Position numbers and translations under genes: made by a program
DNA from: Pseudomonadota bacterium
Lineage (GTDB): Bacteria; Desulfobacterota; Desulfovibrionia; Desulfovibrionales; Desulfovibrionaceae
Length of the DNA: 24,361 bases
Assembly: GCA_023453335.1 (NCBI GenBank)
Contig: JAEXTU010000020.1
Span: forward strand, 1-24,361
Direction: 5' to 3'
Shown here: in pieces, positions 1-7,641 of the stretch
Numbering within the stretch: position 1 is the first letter of the stretch
How the letters are laid out: every line of letters starts with the position of its first letter
Notes under the pieces: model-generated
Database searches by the model: none
The model's input: the letters and a program-made list of their open reading frames with translations, nothing else
Told to the model about the DNA's origin: nothing

Positions 1-270
1 GAACCCGCCCTGCCCGGTCCAGAACACCGGGTAGCCGCGCACCCGGTCGGCGATGGCCCAGGTCCGCGTGGGGCCCACGGCCAGGAAGCCGAAGCTCCCG
101 GCCAGGGGGGCCAGGGCGGCCAGGACCTCGGGCAGCTCCCAGTCCCGGTCCTGGGGCAGGACGGCCAGGAAGGCGGCCGCGCTGTCCGCGGGGCCGGCGC
201 AGGCCACCCGGTGCGCGCCGTGGCTGGCCGCGCGCCAGCCGTAGGCGGGGTCCAGGAGCACCCGGCCCAT
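1..270 (-). CDS. 5' part of a gene running off the window; probable asparagine synthase-related protein with a degenerate N-terminal glutaminase domain
   Basis: Not in the ORF track. ATG at 270, 1 nt after the stop of 272..1747; open to the edge: MGRVLLDPAYGW...LAGSFGFLAVGPTRTWAIADRVRGYPVFWTGQGGF. The segment LxGxFxF...DRxxGxPxFW resembles the AsnB LNGMFAF...RDRxGxKPLYY region; no N-terminal Cys. Confidence 0.55.
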   Translation of the reverse strand, partial: MGRVLLDPAYGWRAASHGAHRVACAGPADSAAAFLAVLPQDRDWELPEVLAALAPLAGSFGFLAVGPTRTWAIADRVRGYPVFWTGQGGF

Positions 271-271
271 G

Positions 272-1747
272 CTACCCCCGGCCCGCCAGGCGGTTGCGCA
301 CCGCGTTCACGAACATGAGCCCGGCCAGCCGGGCCTTGCGCAGCAGCTCCGCCGGGGTCAGGTTGCGCAGGCCGCGCGGGGACAGGTTGTACTTCACCCC
401 GCGCCAGAACGAGGCGAAGTTGGCCAGATCCACGCTGGTGATGCGCTTGAACTTCTCGTGGAACTCGCAGATCTGGGGCACGGTGAGGTGCTCCAGGTAC
501 ACCGGCAGGCTGGCGTCCCAAGGCCGGGAGAGGGTTCCGTGCGGGGTGGAGTACGGGGCGAACCAGTCGAAGTCTTTGGGCAGCACCCCGCGCTCCTGGG
601 CGATGGCGCACAGGGCCGCGTCCGGGGTGATGCGGGTGGTCTGCAGCCCGGTGTTGGCGATGTAGGGGGCGATGTTCTTCACGAAATCGATGGTCATCTG
701 GGCGTCTTCCACGGTCTCGTCGGGCAGGGAGACCATGCAGAACACCCAGACCTTGATGCCCAGCTCGAAGGCCAGCTTGCAGAAGGCCTCCACCTCGGGA
801 AGCCGGATGTTCTTGCGGATGGATTTCAACACCTTGGGCGAGCCGGTCTCCAGGCCGATCTCCACCGAGTCCAGCCCGGCCCGGCGCATGAGGCGCAGGA
901 TGTCGGTGTCGATGTTCACCCGGCTGTAGCAGCGCCAGCGCAGGTCCAGGTTGCGGGCCAGCATGCCCTCGCACAGGGCGGTGACGAACTTCTTGGAGAT
1001 GGTGAGCGAGGAGTCGGTGAAGCTCACGTTGCGCACGCCGGTGGCGGCTATCTTGTCCTCGATCTCATCCAGCACGCTGTCCACGCTGCGGTAGCGCACC
1101 TTGGAGGCGGTGAGCGAGCAGTACACGCACTTGTTGGGGCAGCCCCGGGTGGCGTGCACCGAGAAATAGGCGTGGGAGGCATCCAGCTTGGTCGAGCCCA
1201 GGAGCTCCTCGGGCTTCAGGTCGGTCTTGCCCTTGGTGTCGTAGGAGCGGAACAGGTCCAGGTCGTCCTCCTGGCAGCGGTCCGGGTTGTGCTCCACCCG
1301 GCCTTCCTTGCGCCAGGACACCCCGGCGATGCCCTCCATGTCGCGGCCGGCCTTCACCGCCTGCACGATCTCGGTGAAGGTCACCTCGCCCTCGCCGCGT
1401 ACCACCGCGTCCACCTCGGGCAGCTTCTCCAGGGTCTCGGCGGGCAGGAAGCCGAAGTGCCGGCCGCCCACCACCACGAAGGCGTCGGGCGCGGCGGCCT
1501 TGACCTTGCGGATGAGCTCGTAGGCGAAGAAGCGCTCCCGGGTGTAGCCGGTGATGCCCACGATGGGCCGCTGCCCCCTGGCCACCCGGGCGGTGACCTC
1601 CTTCAGGTCGCGGGGGAAGTAGGCGCAGTCGATGATCTCCGAGGGGTGGCCGTGGTCCTCCAGATAGTACTTGATGAGCTTCAGGCTGGTGATGGCCATC
1701 TTGTACTTCTGGTCCACCCAGGGAGAGAGCAGGAAGATCTCGTGCAT
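272..1747 (-). CDS. B12-binding domain radical SAM protein (class B radical SAM methylase-like), 491 aa
   Basis: N-terminal cobalamin-binding-type segment (VGITG...VVVGGRH...VVRGEGE), TRGCPNKCVYC radical SAM motif, GLETGS, LPDET. Confidence 0.9.
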   Translation of the reverse strand: MHEIFLLSPWVDQKYKMAITSLKLIKYYLEDHGHPSEIIDCAYFPRDLKEVTARVARGQRPIVGITGYTRERFFAYELIRKVKAAAPDAFVVVGGRHFGFLPAETLEKLPEVDAVVRGEGEVTFTEIVQAVKAGRDMEGIAGVSWRKEGRVEHNPDRCQEDDLDLFRSYDTKGKTDLKPEELLGSTKLDASHAYFSVHATRGCPNKCVYCSLTASKVRYRSVDSVLDEIEDKIAATGVRNVSFTDSSLTISKKFVTALCEGMLARNLDLRWRCYSRVNIDTDILRLMRRAGLDSVEIGLETGSPKVLKSIRKNIRLPEVEAFCKLAFELGIKVWVFCMVSLPDETVEDAQMTIDFVKNIAPYIANTGLQTTRITPDAALCAIAQERGVLPKDFDWFAPYSTPHGTLSRPWDASLPVYLEHLTVPQICEFHEKFKRITSVDLANFASFWRGVKYNLSPRGLRNLTPAELLRKARLAGLMFVNAVRNRLAGRG

Positions 1748-1760
1748 GAAAACCTGTCCT

Positions 1761-2315
1761 CTAGGCCTGGCCCGCGGCCAGGAACTCGTCGCGCAGCATG
1801 CCGAATTCCAGGACGTCCACGAAGCGGCCGTCCTTGTACAGGGCCTGCCGGCGGCGGCCCTCCTCGCGCATGCCCAGGCGCTGGGCCAGCTTCTGCATGG
1901 CGATGTTGTCCTCGCCGGTGCCGCAGCCGATGCGCATGAGCCCCAGCTCCTTGAAGCCGTGCCCCAGGAGCAGCCGGCCGGCCTCGGTGGCCACGCCCTT
2001 GCCCCAGGCCGCGCGGTCGCCGATGATCACCGCGAACTCGGCGCTGCGGTTCACCAGGTCGATGCGGTCCAGGCTCACGTTGCCCAGGTGGGCGTGGCTG
2101 GCCGCGTCGCACACCGCCAGCACCAGGGTGTGCGGCCCGCCCGCCGCGGCATCCAGGAACTCCCGCATGCGGCGGGCGGTGTTGGGGAAGCGGTGGTGGT
2201 TGTTGAACCGGCAGACCTCGGCGTCGTCGAACCAGTCGAACCAGGGCCCGGCCAGGTCCTCCTCGCGCAGTCCGCGCAGGTACACGGTCTTCCCGCTCAG
2301 AAACGGCGTGGGCAT
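1761..2315 (-). CDS. GNAT N-acetyltransferase (RimJ/RimL, PseH-like), 184 aa
   Basis: VYLRGL...D, SAEFAVIIGD...WGKGVATEA (acetyl-CoA motif A), NIAMQKLAQRLGMREEG, GRFVD. Confidence 0.9.
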   Translation of the reverse strand: MPTPFLSGKTVYLRGLREEDLAGPWFDWFDDAEVCRFNNHHRFPNTARRMREFLDAAAGGPHTLVLAVCDAASHAHLGNVSLDRIDLVNRSAEFAVIIGDRAAWGKGVATEAGRLLLGHGFKELGLMRIGCGTGEDNIAMQKLAQRLGMREEGRRRQALYKDGRFVDVLEFGMLRDEFLAAGQA

Positions 2316-2316
2316 G

Positions 2317-3456
2317 TCAGTGTCCCTCCCGCCCTCCTCCCTGCGCCAGGGAGGCGAGCGCGGCCGCGGCCTGGGCCGTGGCGTCGCAGATGAAATACTC
2401 CTCCAGTTGCCCGGCGTCGGGCAGCGGGAGGCTTCCCTTCAGGAAGGCCGGCAACAGGTCGGCCAGTTCCGCCGGATTCGCGGCGCTGGGAATGAGCCCG
2501 GCGTCGATGCAGGGCAGCCAGGCCCGTTCGACGGCCCGGGGCAGCACCGCCAGGGTGGGCACCCCGAAGAACAGCGACTCCTCCAGGAGCATGGAGGACA
2601 GGCCCAGCATGCGGTCCGCGGCAAAGGTCAGCTCGAACACCGGCTCGGCCTGGCTCACCTGCTGCACCCGGGGCAGGTAGCGGGCATACTGGGCCGCGGT
2701 GTTCTTGGGGTGCAGCCGCAGCACCAGCCAGGGGTCGAGCCCGGCCCCGGCCAGGGCGTCCAGCACCTCCTCCAGCACCACCAGCGCCCGGGCGTGGGTG
2801 TCGCCCCAGCCGGCCAGGGCGTAGTCCGGGGTGCGGGACAGTTCGGGGTCGTCGTGGTGGTCCAGGCGCTCGCAGGCAAAGAGCACCACCGGCCGCTCCG
2901 CCGGGGCCTGGGGGAAGAAGCGGCGGCGCAGGGCAACGCGGTCCAGGCCGCGCAGTTCCGCGCGCTTGGCGCGCAGGAAATCGTTGTGGGGGTGGCCGCA
3001 CACCGTGATGTTCCCGGCCGGGAAGCCAAGGGCCACGTAGTCTTGCCGGGTCCAGGGGTCGGGCACCAGGAGATGGCGAGGGGCCAGGCCCAGGGGATCG
3101 CGACCCCGGCCCAGAAAGCGGCGCGCCGCGCCCACCCGGGTGTCCACCAGGCCGGCGCTGGGCACGCCCGCGGCCCGGGCCGCACCGATGAGCGCCAGGC
3201 CCAGGGTGTCCGGATTCTTGGCCGTGCCGCAGGCCACCAGGCGCGGGGCGTGCAGGGCCAGGAGCCGGGCCGGGTCCGCATCGCCGGCCACCACCACGTG
3301 GGGCACCTCGCGCCGGGTGAGGTACTCGGCGATGCTCGCGTGGGCCAGCACCGTGCAGGACACCCCCAGGCCGGCCAGGGCCGCGGGCAGGGCCGCGGCG
3401 AAATTGGCCGCGCCCGGGTCCTCCACGTAGAACAGGATGTCCGCGCCTGCCGCCAC
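2317..3456 (-). CDS. Hypothetical protein, probable GT-B-fold glycosyltransferase (candidate nonulosonate transferase), 379 aa
   Basis: GTG at 3456 preceded by AGGAGG, 1 nt after the upstream stop; the ORF-track start at 3843 is overextended. DPGAAN at the N-terminus, ITVCGHP, LRLHPKN, GLSSMLLEES..GVPT pattern typical of GT-B sialyltransferase/CDP-glycerol-transferase-like proteins. Confidence 0.6.
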   Translation of the reverse strand: MAAGADILFYVEDPGAANFAAALPAALAGLGVSCTVLAHASIAEYLTRREVPHVVVAGDADPARLLALHAPRLVACGTAKNPDTLGLALIGAARAAGVPSAGLVDTRVGAARRFLGRGRDPLGLAPRHLLVPDPWTRQDYVALGFPAGNITVCGHPHNDFLRAKRAELRGLDRVALRRRFFPQAPAERPVVLFACERLDHHDDPELSRTPDYALAGWGDTHARALVVLEEVLDALAGAGLDPWLVLRLHPKNTAAQYARYLPRVQQVSQAEPVFELTFAADRMLGLSSMLLEESLFFGVPTLAVLPRAVERAWLPCIDAGLIPSAANPAELADLLPAFLKGSLPLPDAGQLEEYFICDATAQAAAALASLAQGGGREGH

Positions 3457-3457
3457 C

Positions 3458-4480
3458 CTACTCCCCTCCTCCCACGTCCACTCGGGAGCCGCCCGCGGCG
3501 GCCGAGGCCAGCACCGCGTCGCACACCGCCTCGGTGGCCAGGGCCTCATCCAGGCCGCAGCAGCAGGCCCGTTCGCCGGCCAGGGCGGCCGAGAGGTCGT
3601 CGTACATGCCGTAGTAGGCCTCGCCCAGGGTGTAGGGCAGGGCCTGGGGCCGGTCCGAGGCCACCTCGCGCCGGTCGTCCAGGGCACGGTGGGCGCCGGC
3701 CGGGAAGGCCTGGCCCAAGAGCCCCTCCACCAACAGGGAGAGGCGGCCCTTTTCGCCCCAGATGTCCAGGCCGCCCTCGCGGTACTTGGCGTAGTCCACG
3801 GGCAGGAAGGAGGCCGTGGCCCCGCTGGCCAGGCCCAGGGCAAAGGGCAGGTTGGGGTCGCCGGGATGCACGGTTTCGCCCCGGCTCTCGCCGCCCAGGG
3901 CGCGCACCCAGGCCACCTCGCCCAGGAGCATCCGGGCCAGGTCCACGAAGTGCGCGCCGATGTTGAACAGGCCCCGGCCGTAGAGCCCGAACACCGCCTG
4001 GACCCCGCCCACCAGCGAGGCCAGCCCGCCCGCGGCCAGCTCCCGGTACATGACGTCGGCGCGGCGGAAATAGTTCACCTGGACCGTGAGGCCCCGCTCC
4101 CGGCAGGCATCGGCAAAGGCCCGGCGCTCCGGGGCGGCCAGGGCCAGGGGCTTCTCCACCAGCACCCCGCGCAGGCCGGGCAGGGCGTCGAGCGCGGCCA
4201 GGCGCGCCCCGGGCGGCACGGCCAGCACCGCCACCTCGGGCGCAAGCTGGGCCAGGCCCGCGGCGGACTCGGCCACGCAGGGCACCTTCCACTCGCCCGC
4301 CGCGCACTCCCGGGCCGCGGGGTCCGGGTCGGCCGCGCCCACCAGCTCGAACCCGGGATGGGCGGCCAGCACCTGGGCGTGCGAGGCGAAGCGGTAGAAC
4401 CGGGCCTTGGCCCGGTTGCCGGCCTCGGACGCGGCGATGCGGCCGAAACCGACCAGCACGGTGCGCAGGGGCGCGCTCAC
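3458..4480 (-). CDS. Gfo/Idh/MocA family NAD(P)-dependent oxidoreductase, 340 aa
   Basis: VLVGFGRIA Rossmann motif, VLVEKPLA, VNYFRR, IGAHFVDL; GTGA overlap with the upstream stop. Confidence 0.9.
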   Translation of the reverse strand: MSAPLRTVLVGFGRIAASEAGNRAKARFYRFASHAQVLAAHPGFELVGAADPDPAARECAAGEWKVPCVAESAAGLAQLAPEVAVLAVPPGARLAALDALPGLRGVLVEKPLALAAPERRAFADACRERGLTVQVNYFRRADVMYRELAAGGLASLVGGVQAVFGLYGRGLFNIGAHFVDLARMLLGEVAWVRALGGESRGETVHPGDPNLPFALGLASGATASFLPVDYAKYREGGLDIWGEKGRLSLLVEGLLGQAFPAGAHRALDDRREVASDRPQALPYTLGEAYYGMYDDLSAALAGERACCCGLDEALATEAVCDAVLASAAAGGSRVDVGGGE

Positions 4481-5223
4481 CGCACCGCCTTCTTGCGGCA
4501 GTCGATGTTGATCGCCAGCAGCTCGGGCTCGCGCTTGAGCAGGGCCATGACTTCCTCCACCCCGAAGCCGGGACCGTGCGCGGGCAGGAGCCGCTCGTAC
4601 ACCGCGTTCACGAAGGCCAGGTCCTCGGGGTAGTCCAGGCAGAACCGGTAGTGCGGCGCGCGCCAGCGGTCCGGGGCCTGGAGATGGATGACCCGGTACA
4701 TTTCCGGGTGCTCGTAGAAATAGAGTGACACGTGTTCGCGCACCGCGGGATCGGCCACGGTGCGGGACACCTCCTCCAGCAGGGCGAAGGGAAAGACTTG
4801 CACGTCAACCCCGGTGGGATAGGTCTGCCGGTAGGTGTTGGACACCACGGAGCAGTCGTTGGCCAGGAAGGTCTCCACGCCCATGTCGATGACCTGGGGG
4901 TCCAGGAGCGGCGAGTCGCCGGTGACCTCCACGACGAGCTCGCTGCCCATCATGCGGTGCGCCTCCACCACCCGGCCCAGCACGTCTTCCTCGCTGCCCC
5001 GGAAGACCTTGACCCCCTCGGCCTCGCCCCACGTCTCCACCGCGTCGTCGCGGGGGTCCACCGAGGTGGCCACCACCACGTCCTGCACGGTGCGGCACAG
5101 GCGCAGCCGCTCCACGTGCCGGGTGAGCGAGGGCTTGCCGGCCACGTCCATGAGGATCTTGCCGGGCAGCCGAGAGGAGCCCATGCGGGCCTCGATGCTG
5201 GCCACGGTGCGGGGGACGCTCAT
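4477..5223 (-). CDS. SpsF/PseF-like cytidylyltransferase (CTP_transf_3 family), copy 2, 248 aa
   Basis: ATG at 5223 (ATGA overlap, GGAGG upstream); IEARMGSSRLPGK, FRGSEEDVLGR, TGDSPLLDP, REHVS, LDYPEDL. Confidence 0.88.
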   Translation of the reverse strand: MSVPRTVASIEARMGSSRLPGKILMDVAGKPSLTRHVERLRLCRTVQDVVVATSVDPRDDAVETWGEAEGVKVFRGSEEDVLGRVVEAHRMMGSELVVEVTGDSPLLDPQVIDMGVETFLANDCSVVSNTYRQTYPTGVDVQVFPFALLEEVSRTVADPAVREHVSLYFYEHPEMYRVIHLQAPDRWRAPHYRFCLDYPEDLAFVNAVYERLLPAHGPGFGVEEVMALLKREPELLAINIDCRKKAVR

Positions 5224-6497
5224 GCCGCCTCCAGGCCGACCAACTCGGCGCGGCGGGCGTGCACCTTGCGGAAGGCCTGCACCAGGAGGCCCGCGGTGTC
5301 GTCGTCCACGTCCCAATTGGTGGGCTCGTAGGCCATGAGCTCGGTAAAGTGCATGCGCTCGCACACCGGGCACAGGCCCTTGGGGTACTGCACGTCGCTC
5401 TGGCTGAAGGGGTAGCCCTCCCGGCCCACGGCCACGCGCTTCTGGAACAGGGGCAGCAGGTACAGGGGCCGCACGTACCCGCAGTAGATCGGGAACCCTT
5501 CCGCATTGAGGGCCTTGGCGAACTGCTCCCGGGAGCAGCCCAGGGCCGCGGCGTCCACCCGCACCGGCCACAGGTAGTACACGTGGCGGCAGCCCGGCCG
5601 CACCGCGGGCACGGTGATGCCCTCCAGGCCGGCCAGCTCGGCCGAGAGCCTCTGGCAGACCCGCTCCCGGGCCGCCACGTGGCCGTCCACGTTCTTGAGC
5701 TGCTCGATGCCCACCGCCGCGCTCAACTCGGTGAGGCGCAGATTGAAGCCGAACAGGTTGGAGAGGTCGTCCACCCCGGCCTGCTCCACCACGCTCTCGG
5801 CGTGGTTGCGGATGAGCTGCATGCGCAGGGCCAGGCGGTCGTCGTCGGTGCAGCACATGCCGCCTTCGCCGGTGTGGATGTGCTTGTGGTAGTTGAGGCT
5901 GAACACCCCGATGTGGGCGATGGTCCCGGCCAGTTTGCCGTTCTCCGCGGCCAGGGGGCCCTGGGCGTTGTCCTCGATGAGCACGAGTCCCTTGGCCTCG
6001 CATAGGGCGCGCAGCTCGTGCAGCCGGGCCGGGTGGCCGAAGAGGTTCACCGCGATGACCGCCCGGGTGCGCGGGGTGATCTTGCGCGCCACGTCCGCCG
6101 GGTCGATGCAGAAGGTGTCCGGCTCGATGTCCGCGAACACCGGCACCGCGCCGTAGGCCAGGGGCGAAACCACGGTGGCGGACATGGTGTAGGGCGGAAC
6201 GATGACTTCGTCGCCCGGCCCCACCCCGGCCGCGCCCACCGCGGCCACCAGGCCGGAGGTGGCGGAGTTCACGGACACGGTGTGTTTGCACCCGAAGCGG
6301 GCGGACCAGTCCTTCTCGAACCGCTGCACCAGCTCGCCGCCGAAGAAGCCCTTGCGCCAGCTCCCGTAGAACCCGGACAGGCAGCCCCGCCGCACCACCG
6401 CGGCCACGGCCTCGGCCTCGGCCTCGCCGATGGAGCAGTAGCGCGGGAGCGGCTCGGGAATCACCGGCTTGCCGCCGAAGATGGCCAGTTCGGACAT
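5220..6497 (-). CDS. DegT/DnrJ/EryC1/StrS PLP-dependent sugar aminotransferase, 425 aa
   Basis: ATG at 6497 with GAGGA upstream, preferred over GTG 6527; VNSATSGL, GDEVIVP, LIEDNAQ, FSLNYHKHIHTGEGG (PLP lysine). Confidence 0.93.
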   Translation of the reverse strand: MSELAIFGGKPVIPEPLPRYCSIGEAEAEAVAAVVRRGCLSGFYGSWRKGFFGGELVQRFEKDWSARFGCKHTVSVNSATSGLVAAVGAAGVGPGDEVIVPPYTMSATVVSPLAYGAVPVFADIEPDTFCIDPADVARKITPRTRAVIAVNLFGHPARLHELRALCEAKGLVLIEDNAQGPLAAENGKLAGTIAHIGVFSLNYHKHIHTGEGGMCCTDDDRLALRMQLIRNHAESVVEQAGVDDLSNLFGFNLRLTELSAAVGIEQLKNVDGHVAARERVCQRLSAELAGLEGITVPAVRPGCRHVYYLWPVRVDAAALGCSREQFAKALNAEGFPIYCGYVRPLYLLPLFQKRVAVGREGYPFSQSDVQYPKGLCPVCERMHFTELMAYEPTNWDVDDDTAGLLVQAFRKVHARRAELVGLEAA

Positions 6498-6509
6498 GGT
6501 ATCCTCGCA

Positions 6510-6527
6510 GTGCGGCACGGGCCGCAC
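6510..6527. promoter_or_regulatory. GC-rich hairpin (7-bp stem, 4-nt loop) in the only sizeable intergenic gap
   Basis: GTGCGGC-ACGG-GCCGCAC perfect inverted repeat, a few nt upstream of the DegT gene's ribosome binding site; no U-tract. Confidence 0.4.
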
Positions 6528-6540
6528 AGGTTGACGTCTT

Positions 6541-7626
6541 CTATGCCGCCTTGCCCGTGGCCGGGGTCCAGCCGGCCAGGAACAGGGAGAATCCGGCGAT
6601 CCACAGGAGCTTGGCCAGGGCCAGGGCGCGGCCTTTCAGTCCCTTCACCCGCAGGGCCAGGCGCAGGGCCTTGCCCGGGCAGAGCCCGCCCGGCACGTCA
6701 TAGCCCGCGCAGCGGGCGATGCGGCCGGTGACGTCCCGGACCACCGCGGCGTCCTCCTCGGACAGCACGCCCTTCCAGCGCTCCAGGGGCCGGATGTCCA
6801 TGCCGCGGCCCGACTCCTCGGGCGCGTTGGTGGCCCGGTAGGAGAGCCTGCCCACCGCCTCGGCCAGCTGGTCCGCGGGCAGGGGCGAGACCTCCAGGAA
6901 GGCGAAGGCCCCGGACAGGGTGGCCACCGGGTCCTGCACCAGGTCCTCGAAGCGCAAGAGCCGGCTGGTCCGGGGATGCCGCCGGGCAAAGAGGAGCATG
7001 CGCAGGGTCATGTGCGCCCAGTGGATGGCCGAGGCCAGGAGCTTGTCGTACTCCACCCGGGGCCAGGCCTCGCCGGCCTTGTCCGCGGAACGCACCGCCA
7101 TGGAGGACACGCTGGCCAGGGGGTCGCGGGCGATGAACAAAAAGCGCGACCAGGGAAAGCCCCGGGCGATGTCGCCCACCCCGGCGCAGTCGTTGGACTT
7201 CTCGCACCAGCAGCGGATGTCCTTTGCCTGCTTGGTGAAGAGGGTGGTGAGGGAATAGAGCATGGGGTACAGGGACCACAACTCGGCCATGCGCCTGCGC
7301 TTCACCGCCCGATTGGTGAAGCGCTTCCACTCCAGCCGCTCCGCCTCGCCCAGCCCGGCCAGGATGTCCTTCTCCTGCTTCCAGAAGTTGGGGAGCTTGA
7401 CCAGGATGCGCAACAGGCGCTCGTGCACCGTGTTGCGGTACTGCCAGACGTGGCTCACGAAGTGGGTCATGCCCCGGAAGGTCAGGACCTCCGGGTGCAG
7501 GCCGATGGCGTTGTACAGGAGGGTGGTCCCCCCCCGCACCGGGCCCACCACGTAGGCCAGGCGCTCCAAGGCCTCCGGCCCGGGCAGCCCCGGGATGGGC
7601 GGCGTACGCAGTTCCGCGTCGGGCAT
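6541..7626 (-). CDS. Sulfotransferase family protein, 361 aa
   Basis: 5'-PSB-like VVGPVRGGTTLL, WCEKS, 3'-PB-like IARDPLASVSS, LRFEDLVQDP, ERWK. Confidence 0.85.
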   Translation of the reverse strand: MPDAELRTPPIPGLPGPEALERLAYVVGPVRGGTTLLYNAIGLHPEVLTFRGMTHFVSHVWQYRNTVHERLLRILVKLPNFWKQEKDILAGLGEAERLEWKRFTNRAVKRRRMAELWSLYPMLYSLTTLFTKQAKDIRCWCEKSNDCAGVGDIARGFPWSRFLFIARDPLASVSSMAVRSADKAGEAWPRVEYDKLLASAIHWAHMTLRMLLFARRHPRTSRLLRFEDLVQDPVATLSGAFAFLEVSPLPADQLAEAVGRLSYRATNAPEESGRGMDIRPLERWKGVLSEEDAAVVRDVTGRIARCAGYDVPGGLCPGKALRLALRVKGLKGRALALAKLLWIAGFSLFLAGWTPATGKAA

Positions 7627-7641
7627 GGGCTCCCTGTCCCC

